Source: Pseudomonas delhiensis (GTDB lineage: Bacteria; Pseudomonadota; Gammaproteobacteria; Pseudomonadales; Pseudomonadaceae). Taken from it: 24,000 nt of DNA. The stretch is taken from the NCBI RefSeq assembly GCF_900187975.1, contig NZ_FZPC01000008.1, positions 27,930 to 51,929 of the forward strand, in the 5' to 3' direction. Both the position numbers and the translations under genes were made by a program. Below are positions 8,236 to 16,993 of the stretch, in pieces (the stretch's first letter is position 1; the number at the start of each line of letters is the position of its first letter). The notes beneath the pieces were generated by a model. The model was not told the origin of the DNA, did not search any database, and saw nothing but the letters and a program-made list of their open reading frames with translations.

Positions 8236-8321
8236 GGCACGAATGCGCACGGGTGTACATGGTCCAGCCGGTTCGACTCCGGCCCGCAGCGATGCGGATC
8301 ACTCGCGCACCTTGTCGTGCC
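8236..8321 (+). ncRNA. Y-RNA-like module 2 (T-arm present, no D-arm)
   Basis: Terminal helix GGCACGA (8236-8242) with TCGTGCC (8315-8321). GAATGC at 8241-8246. Second helix 8244-8248/8305-8309 and 8251-8255/8300-8304, with an AC bulge. TACA at 8256-8259. T-arm GCCGG-TTCGACT-CCGGC (8267-8283). CCGCA-GCGA-TGCGG helix closed by a GNRA tetraloop (8284-8297). The 3' flank is CCTTGTCG. Confidence 0.6.
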
Positions 8322-8340
8322 ATCCTTGTTGCAACGTTAT

Positions 8341-8471
8341 GCGACGAATGCCGGTGGAACTACACCCTTCCACGGTCGAGATGCGGGTTCGAGTCCCGTC
8401 GGCTCCAATATCAGGGGGGCCGTAGTTCAATGGCAGAACACGAAAATACGTTTCACCCCCCTTGTCGTCGC
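8341..8471 (+). ncRNA. YrlA-like Y RNA module 3 with permuted tRNA-like core
   Basis: Terminal helix GCGACGA (8341-8347) with TCGTCGC (8465-8471). GAATGC at 8346-8351. Second helix GGTGGAAC (8353-8360) with GTTTCACC (8450-8457). TACA at 8361-8364. T-arm GCGGG-TTCGAGT-CCCGT (8383-8399). Loop-closed acceptor-like helix CGGCTCC (8400-8406) with GGGGCCG (8416-8422). TA (8423-8424), then D-arm GTTC-AATGGCA-GAAC (8425-8439). Confidence 0.7.
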
Positions 8472-8500
8472 ACCTTTTCACCCCGCCAGGCCGGCGGACA

Positions 8501-8608
8501 GGCAACGAATGCCTGGGGCAGTACATCGGGTCGCGGGTTCGACCCCCGCTCCGCTCAAACGGGTAGCTCAGTCGGTAGAGCAGATCTGTCCCTCATCTCG
8601 TCGCTGCC
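8501..8608 (+). ncRNA. YrlA-like Y RNA module 4 with permuted tRNA-like core
   Basis: Terminal helix GGCA+ACGA (8501-8508) with TCGT (8598-8601) and TGCC (8605-8608), plus a CGC bulge (8602-8604). GAATGC at 8507-8512. Second helix GGGGCAG (8515-8521) with CTGTCCC (8586-8592). TACA at 8522-8525. T-arm GCGGG-TTCGACC-CCCGC (8533-8549). Short closed helix TCCG-CTCAAA-CGGG (8550-8563). TA, then D-arm GCTC-AGTCGGTA-GAGC (8566-8581), which has the same sequence as a canonical tRNA D-arm. Confidence 0.7.
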
Positions 8609-8635
8609 CCGGCCACACACGAATCTTCGGCATTG

Positions 8636-8765
8636 CCTTGGCGAATGCCGGTGGAACTACATGGACGGAAAGGTTGTGGGTTCGAATCCCGCCGGCTCCT
8701 GGAGCCGTAGCTCAATCGGATAGAGCGCTCTGCACGTTTCACCAGAAACTTGTCGCCATGCAAGG
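8636..8765 (+). ncRNA. YrlA-like Y RNA module 5 with permuted tRNA-like core
   Basis: Terminal helix CCTT+GGCGA (8636-8644) with TCGCC (8753-8757) and AAGG (8762-8765), plus an ATGC bulge (8758-8761). GAATGC at 8643-8648. Second helix GGTGGAAC (8650-8657) with GTTTCACC (8736-8743). TACA at 8658-8661. T-arm GTGGG-TTCGAAT-CCCGC (8676-8692). Closed acceptor-like helix CGGCTC-CTG-GAGCCG (8693-8707). TA, then D-arm GCTC-AATCGGATA-GAGC (8710-8726). Confidence 0.7.
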
Positions 8766-8788
8766 CCAGTGACACAGGAACGAGAGAG

Positions 8789-10009
8789 ATGAACATGAAA
8801 ACCTTCCAGCTACTGGAGGTCGCCAACGGCAAACCGATCAAGCTCTGGACCCAGGGCGTACCGGTGGAAGAAGACGCCAGGCAACAGCTGATGAACACCG
8901 CGAAGATGCCCTTCATCTTCAAGCACCTGGCCGTGATGCCGGATGTGCACCTGGGCAAGGGTTCGACGATAGGCAGCGTGATCCCTACCAAGGGCGCCAT
9001 CATTCCGGCTGCCGTGGGCGTAGATATCGGCTGTGGGATGATCGCCGCGCGTACCTCGCTGGTAGCTTCGGACCTGCCGGACAACCTGCATCACCTGCGG
9101 ACAGCCATCGAGAAGGCCGTGCCCCACGGCAAGACCTTCGGCCGCCGCGACCAGGGCGCCTGGGAAGACGTGCCCGCACACGCCGACGACGCGTGGCGTG
9201 CATTGGCCGGACGCTTCAAGGCGATCACCGACAAGCACCCGAAGCTGGAGAAGACCAACAACCGCAAGCACCTGGGAACCCTCGGCACCGGCAACCACTT
9301 CATCGAAGTCTGCCTCGACGAGGCCGACCGCGTCTGGTTCATGCTGCACAGCGGATCGCGCGGCGTGGGTAACGCCATCGGCAACCTGTTCATCGAACTG
9401 GCCCAGGCCGACATGCGCCAGCACATCGCCAACCTGCCAGACCGTAACCTGGCCTACTTCGAAGAAGGCAGCCAGCACTTCGATGACTACGTGGAAGCCG
9501 TGGGCTGGGCCCAGGACTTTGCCCGGCAGAACCGCGAGCTGATGATGCGCGCGGTGATCGCCGCCGCGCGGCAGGTCATCCGCAAACCGTTCGAGGCCAG
9601 CCTGGAAGCGGTGAACTGCCACCACAACTACGTGCAGAGGGAACGCCACTTCGGCGAAGAGGTGTTGGTGACGCGCAAGGGCGCGGTATCCGCGCAGAAA
9701 GGCCAGCTCGGCATCATTCCCGGCTCGATGGGCGCCAAGAGCTTCATCGTCCGCGGCCTGGGCAACGAGGAAGCCTTCTGCTCCTGCAGCCACGGCGCCG
9801 GCCGCACCATGAGCCGGACCAAGGCCAAGAAGCTGTTCAGCGTGGAAGACCAGGTGCGCGCCACCGCCCATGTCGAATGCAGGAAGGACAAGGACGTAAT
9901 CGACGAGATCCCCATGGCCTACAAGGACATCGACGCAGTGATGGAGGCCCAGCGCGAGCTGGTGGAAGTGCTGCACACCCTGCGCCAAGTGGTGTGCGTG
10001 AAAGGATGA
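8789..10009 (+). CDS. rtcB: RNA-splicing ligase RtcB (3'-phosphate/5'-hydroxyl RNA ligase)
   Basis: ...KLWTQGVPVEEDARQQLMNTAKMPFIFKHLAVMPDVHLGKGSTIGSVIPTKGAIIPAAVGVDIGCGM is nearly colinear with E. coli RtcB as I remember it, and CSCSHGAGR lies near the C-terminus. Start is ATG 8789 (MNMKTF..) or ATG 8795 (MKTF..). The track start at 8750 would overlap Y-RNA module 5 and is rejected. Confidence 0.92.
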   Translation: MNMKTFQLLEVANGKPIKLWTQGVPVEEDARQQLMNTAKMPFIFKHLAVMPDVHLGKGSTIGSVIPTKGAIIPAAVGVDIGCGMIAARTSLVASDLPDNLHHLRTAIEKAVPHGKTFGRRDQGAWEDVPAHADDAWRALAGRFKAITDKHPKLEKTNNRKHLGTLGTGNHFIEVCLDEADRVWFMLHSGSRGVGNAIGNLFIELAQADMRQHIANLPDRNLAYFEEGSQHFDDYVEAVGWAQDFARQNRELMMRAVIAAARQVIRKPFEASLEAVNCHHNYVQRERHFGEEVLVTRKGAVSAQKGQLGIIPGSMGAKSFIVRGLGNEEAFCSCSHGAGRTMSRTKAKKLFSVEDQVRATAHVECRKDKDVIDEIPMAYKDIDAVMEAQRELVEVLHTLRQVVCVKG

Positions 10010-10021
10010 AAGGAATTACCC

Positions 10022-10822
10022 ATGAACAGGGAAGAACGTCATCCACTCCCCGCCGCCATGCGCGAGCGGGTACTGGAGGAACTGAAGAAACTGGAGCAGG
10101 AGCGCGACGTAAGCGTGCTCTATGCCTGCGAATCCGGCAGCCGTGCCTGGGGATTCGCCTCGCCGGACAGCGACTATGATGTGCGCTTCGTCTACGTGCA
10201 TCAGCCAGACTGGTATCTGCGCGTGGAAGAGCCGCGCGACGTGCTGGAGCGCCCACTGACCGACGAGCTGGATCTCAGCGGCTGGGAGCTGCGCAAGACA
10301 CTACGGCTGCTACGCAAATCCAACCCGACGCTGCTGGAGTGGCTGGATTCGCCATTGGTTTACCGCAGCGAAACCGAGGCGACCGACGGACTTCGCCAAC
10401 TGGCGCAAGCCTTCTACTCACCCGCTGCCGCCCGCGCCCACTATCTGTCGATGGCGCGGAAGAACTTCCGTGGCTACCTGCAGGGCGACGAGGTTCGCTA
10501 CAAGAAATACCTCTACGTGCTGCGTCCACTGCTGGCCGTCCGCTGGATAGACCTGGGCCTCGGCATGCCGCCAATGGTATTCGAGACGCTGATGGAAGCG
10601 ACGCTGAAGGACGCCGCCGAGCGCGCTGAAGTCGAAGAGCTGCTGGTACTCAAGCGTCAGGCCGTCGAGGCCGAATACGGTCCCGCGCGCCCAGCCCTGC
10701 ATCGGCTGATCGAGGCAGAACTGCAACGCGCGGAAACCCTTGGCGCACCCCGTGGTGGCTGCCACGGTACGGAGCGCCTGGATCGCTTTCTGCGCGAACA
10801 GGTAAGGAAGTACGCAAGATGA
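10022..10822 (+). CDS. Pol-beta-superfamily nucleotidyltransferase, RlaP-like (RNA-ligase-associated)
   Basis: 266 aa. The N-terminal motif ESGSRAWGFASPDSDYDVRFVYV is a G-S...D-x-D minimal nucleotidyltransferase signature. It matches my memory of the COG3541/PF10127 'RNA repair pathway DNA polymerase beta family'. The gene sits between rtcB (13-nt gap) and rtcA (4-nt ATGA overlap). Confidence 0.7.
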   Translation: MNREERHPLPAAMRERVLEELKKLEQERDVSVLYACESGSRAWGFASPDSDYDVRFVYVHQPDWYLRVEEPRDVLERPLTDELDLSGWELRKTLRLLRKSNPTLLEWLDSPLVYRSETEATDGLRQLAQAFYSPAAARAHYLSMARKNFRGYLQGDEVRYKKYLYVLRPLLAVRWIDLGLGMPPMVFETLMEATLKDAAERAEVEELLVLKRQAVEAEYGPARPALHRLIEAELQRAETLGAPRGGCHGTERLDRFLREQVRKYAR

Positions 10823-11844
10823 ACAAGAACATGATCGAACTCGACGGTGCCGAAGGCGGTGGACAGATACTGCGCAGCGCGCTGAGCCTGGCGATGATCA
10901 CCGGCAAGACGCTGCGCATCGTCAACATCCGTGGCCGGCGCTCGCGGCCGGGACTGTTGCGCCAGCACCTGACGGCGGTACGAGCGGCGGCGAAAATCTG
11001 TGGTGCGACGGTGGAGGGCGCGGAGCTGGGCTCCCTCAACCTGACCTTCCGACCGGGTGCGATTCGCGGCGGTGATTACCATTTTTCCATCGGCAGCGCG
11101 GGTAGCGCCGTGCTGGTTTTGCAGGCAGTGTTGCCTGCGCTGCTGTACGCCGACGGCCCAAGCAGCCTGTCGATCAGCGGCGGCACGCACAATCCGCTGG
11201 CGCCGCCGGCGGACTTCATCGAGCACAGCTGGTTGCCGCTGCTGCGACGCATGGGGGCAAAGGTCGACTTCGAACTGCTACGCCACGGCTTCATGCCCGC
11301 GGGCGGCGGCGAACTGGCAATGCGAGTGGAGCCGGGCGAGTTGCAGCCGTTGCATCTGCCGGAAGCCGGAACCGAACGTTCACGTTCGGCCCGCGCCTTG
11401 CTCGCGGCCATTCCCGGCCATGTGGCGGACCGCGAACTGGAGCGGGTGCGCCGCCATGCGGATTGGCACACAGCGGCCACGCAGGTCGTGCGCCTGCCGG
11501 ACGACCAGGGGCCAGGCAACGCACTGCTGCTGGAGATCGAATGCGAGCACCTGAATCTGGTGTTCTGCGCTTTCGGCCAGTCCGGCGTGAGCGCGGAGCG
11601 GGTCGCCAGTCAGGCGCTGCGCCAGGCCGCCGACTGGTGCGACAGCGGCACCAGCACCGAGGAACACCTGGCCGACCAATTGTTGCTGCCCATGGCGCTG
11701 GCCGGCGGCGGAAGCTTCACCACTCCGGCGCTGAGCGACCATCTGCTGAGCAACCGGGCGGTGATCGAAGCCTTCCTGCCGGCACGCATCGATTGCGAAG
11801 CGCGCGCGAAGGGCGGCCAGTACATCCACATCACGCCAGTTTGA
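10819..11844 (+). CDS. rtcA: RNA 3'-terminal phosphate cyclase RtcA
   Basis: IELDGAEGGGQILRSALSLAMITG...RPGLLRQHLTAVRAAAKICGATVEGAELGS...GGDYHFSIGSAGSAVLVLQAVLPAL...GGTHNPLAPPADF is colinear with E. coli RtcA. The EEHLADQLLLPMALAG block contains the expected nucleophilic His. The start overlaps the upstream stop (ATGA at 10819-10822). Confidence 0.92.
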   Translation: MNKNMIELDGAEGGGQILRSALSLAMITGKTLRIVNIRGRRSRPGLLRQHLTAVRAAAKICGATVEGAELGSLNLTFRPGAIRGGDYHFSIGSAGSAVLVLQAVLPALLYADGPSSLSISGGTHNPLAPPADFIEHSWLPLLRRMGAKVDFELLRHGFMPAGGGELAMRVEPGELQPLHLPEAGTERSRSARALLAAIPGHVADRELERVRRHADWHTAATQVVRLPDDQGPGNALLLEIECEHLNLVFCAFGQSGVSAERVASQALRQAADWCDSGTSTEEHLADQLLLPMALAGGGSFTTPALSDHLLSNRAVIEAFLPARIDCEARAKGGQYIHITPV

Positions 11845-11930
11845 CGCTTTCCTCACGAAACGCCGGCTAGAGTGCCGCCCAGTCACCCTATCCGGCACGT
11901 GAGCCCGCCCCTTGGCACACGGGAGTCTCC

Positions 11931-12295
11931 ATGGCGCTGCGCGCCGCCCTTGACCTGCTTTGCGCCATGCTGCTAGCGGGCTGCGAAACCACCCACGACT
12001 TACTTATCGCCCAGGGCTACCCCTGCCCGCCTATGCCGACGGCTACAACGCCGGCTGCGACAGCGGCCGCCAGGCCGCCGGCACCATCACAACCGGGGCT
12101 TTCCGCAAGGACGTGCTGCGCTACCTGAAGGAGGCGACCTACGCCCAGGGCTGGGGTGATGGCTACGAGCAATGCCGGCGCCCGGCCGAGAGCGAAGAGC
12201 GCCAGCGCTACGAGGACGCCCGCGGCAACCACCACGAGCATGACTGGCGGCAACAGAAGGACCGCGCCCTGGGCCAGGCGCTGCGCGGTGAATGA
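11931..12295 (+). pseudogene. Small lipoprotein gene interrupted by an apparent 1-nt frameshift near 12020-12023
   Basis: The frame starting at 11931 encodes MALRAALDLLCAMLLAGCETTHDLLIAQGYP: a lipobox LLAGC, GGGAG 5 nt upstream of the ATG, and high GC3. After TAC CCC (12018-12023) GC3 falls in this frame. It becomes high in the frame of ORF 11960..12295 (...PLPAYADGYNAGCDSGRQAAG...WGDGYEQC...). Before 12020 that second frame uses GC3-poor codons (CAT GCT GCT ... CGA CCA CGA CTT ACT TAT). One additional C in the CCCC run at 12020-12023 would join the two halves. Confidence 0.55.
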
Positions 12296-12335
12296 GCCTG
12301 CGGCAAAGCTCCGCACCCCACCGCATGCCGCGGGC

Positions 12336-12349
12336 TTGATCCCGGTCAA
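12336..12349 (+). promoter_or_regulatory. Anr/FNR box upstream of ccpR
   Basis: TTGATcccgGTCAA matches TTGAT-N4-ATCAA at 9 of 10 specified positions. Its centre is about 80 nt upstream of the ccpR ATG, which fits a class II site at -41.5 with a ~38-nt leader. Confidence 0.5.
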
Positions 12350-12421
12350 TTCCCGCCCTCGTCGCCTGGCCTCTCCTTGAATCAGGAAAAACCAATAGCC
12401 TGATAACGAGGAGATCACTCC

Positions 12422-13444
12422 ATGCAGCCCCTGAAACTGGCCCTGGGCGGCCTGTTGTTGGCCGCCAGCAGTACCGCCGCACACGCCGACGCCCTGCGCG
12501 ACCAGGCCAACGCCATCTTCAAGCCCATCCCCGAACAGGTGGCCGGGCTGGATGCGGCCCAGGTGGAGCTGGGCCGCCAGTTGTTCTTCGAGCCACGCCT
12601 GTCGGCCAGCCACGTGATCAGCTGCAACACCTGCCACAACATCGGCACCGGCGGCGCCGACAACGTGCCCGCCTCCAGCGGCCACGCCTGGCAGAAAGGG
12701 GCGCGCAACTCGCCGACGGTGTTCAACGCCGTGTTCAACATCGCGCAGTTCTGGGACGGCCGCGCCAAGGACCTGGAGGAACAGGCCAAGGGGCCGGTGC
12801 AGAACCCGGTGGAGATGCACAACACGCCGAACAACGTCGAGGCCACGCTCAAGAGCATGCCCGAGTACGTGGCGGCCTTCGGGAAGGCCTTCCCCGGCGA
12901 CAAGCAGGCGGTGAGCTTCGACAACATGGCCCGCGCGCTGCAGGCCTTCGAATCGACGCTGATCACCCCCGACTCGCGCTTCGACCAGTACCTCAAGGGC
13001 GACGACAAGGCCCTGGACGCCAAGGAGAAGAAAGGGCTGCAGGCCTTCATGAGCGCCGGCTGCATCAGCTGCCACAACGGCGTGAACCTCGGCGGCCAGG
13101 CCTACTTCCCGTTCGGCCTGGTGAAGAAACCCGATGCCAGCATCCTGCCCAGCGGCGACAAGGGCCGCTTCGCGGTGACCAAGACGCAGAACGACGAATA
13201 CGTGTTCCGCGCCGCGCCGCTGCGCAACGTGGCCCTCACCGCGCCCTACTTCCACAGCGGGCAGGTGTGGGACCTGGAGGAAGCGGTGACGATCATGGGC
13301 ACCGCGCAACTGGGCAAGCAGCTGGATGCCGGCGAAGTGGGCGACATAGTCGCCTTCCTCAAGACCGTCACCGGCAAGCAGCCCCAGGTGCAGTACCCGC
13401 TGCTGCCGCCGAGCACCGCCACCACGCCGCGTCCGGTGGATTGA
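12422..13444 (+). CDS. ccpR: Di-haem cytochrome c peroxidase (cytochrome c551 peroxidase)
   Basis: 340 aa with signal peptide MQPLKLALGGLLLAASSTAAHA. It has two CxxCH haem motifs (CNTCH, CISCH) and family blocks FFEPRLS, GARNSPTVFN, QFWDGRA, GPVQNPVEM, APLRNVALTAPYFHSG. GAGGAG Shine-Dalgarno upstream. Confidence 0.9.
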   Translation: MQPLKLALGGLLLAASSTAAHADALRDQANAIFKPIPEQVAGLDAAQVELGRQLFFEPRLSASHVISCNTCHNIGTGGADNVPASSGHAWQKGARNSPTVFNAVFNIAQFWDGRAKDLEEQAKGPVQNPVEMHNTPNNVEATLKSMPEYVAAFGKAFPGDKQAVSFDNMARALQAFESTLITPDSRFDQYLKGDDKALDAKEKKGLQAFMSAGCISCHNGVNLGGQAYFPFGLVKKPDASILPSGDKGRFAVTKTQNDEYVFRAAPLRNVALTAPYFHSGQVWDLEEAVTIMGTAQLGKQLDAGEVGDIVAFLKTVTGKQPQVQYPLLPPSTATTPRPVD

Positions 13445-13463
13445 CGACCCGCCCGGGCATTCA

Positions 13464-13490
13464 CCTGTAGGAGCGCGCCCTGCGCGCGAA
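13464..13490 (+). repeat. REP element, type A (GTAGGAGC-GCGCGC hairpin-GAA)
   Basis: CCTGTAGGAGCGCGCCCTGCGCGCGAA with an internal GCGCGC-CCT-GCGCGC hairpin. The identical 27-mer recurs at 21691-21717. Confidence 0.7.
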
Positions 13491-13530
13491 ATCGCGGACA
13501 GAGTCCTACGGGTGCGCTCGATACGCCGTC

Positions 13531-13562
13531 GTAGGATGGGTGGAGCGAAGCGATACCCATCG
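13531..13562 (+). repeat. REP element, type B (GTAGGATGGGT...ACCCATC)
   Basis: GTAGGATGGGTGGAGCGAAGCGATACCCATCG with a GATGGGT/ACCCATC 7-bp stem. It has the GTAGGA head typical of pseudomonad REPs. Confidence 0.55.
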
Positions 13563-13579
13563 CCATGGCTGACCGGTAC

Positions 13580-13742
13580 GTAGGGCGTATAACCGTTCGC
13601 GGTTATACGCCGCTACACCTATCTCATGCCCGGCTTATTGGCCGAGATCGAAGCCCCCGGGAACAGGTGCTCCGAGACCGAATCCGAGCGCGCCTGGGAC
13701 CAAGGCCAGGCGGCGTATAACGCGGAGCGTTATACGCCCTAC
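13580..13742. repeat. Inverted pair of type C REP elements (REPIN-like), arms about 100 bp apart
   Basis: Left arm: GTAG-GGCGTATAACCG-TTCG-CGGTTATACGCC (13580-13611), a 12-bp perfect hairpin. Right arm, inverted: GGCGTATAACGC-GGA-GCGTTATACGCC-CTAC (13712-13742). The arms differ as CCG/CGG versus CGC/GCG, so pairing is preserved in each. Confidence 0.65.
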
Positions 13743-13763
13743 GCCCCGCCGTGCTTCGGCCGG

Positions 13764-16993
<3,230 letters not shown>

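Noticed and set aside
8629-8649. Alternative hairpin GGCATTGCC / GGCGAATGCC that would sequester the 5' strand of module 5
   Set aside because: It needs a bulge and a 4-nt CTTG loop, and it competes with a better-supported terminal helix. A processing or riboregulatory role is possible, but I cannot support it from sequence alone.
8383-8726. Possible canonical tRNA genes (GGTTCGAATCC and TAGCTCAGTCGGTAGAGCAG motifs)
   Set aside because: In every case the T-arm lies 5' of the D-arm, the acceptor helix is closed by a loop, and there is no anticodon arm or 3' CCA context. These are permuted tRNA mimics, not tRNA genes or tRNA pseudogene fragments.
8111-8765. CRISPR array or simple tandem repeat
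   Set aside because: The unit lengths vary (86-131 nt) and only short motifs are shared. Each unit is internally self-complementary, and there is no repeat-spacer regularity.
8119-8772. ORFs of 217 aa, 156 aa and 60 aa (+) and 75 aa and 163 aa (-) within the rsr-rtcB spacer
   Set aside because: They have no Shine-Dalgarno, no family resemblance and mixed codon bias, and they run straight through the five structured repeat units. The region is better explained as non-coding RNA.
11913-11928. TGGCAC hexamer upstream of the lipoprotein gene
   Set aside because: There is no GC dinucleotide at the required +12 position (the sequence there is TC), so it is not a -24/-12 promoter.
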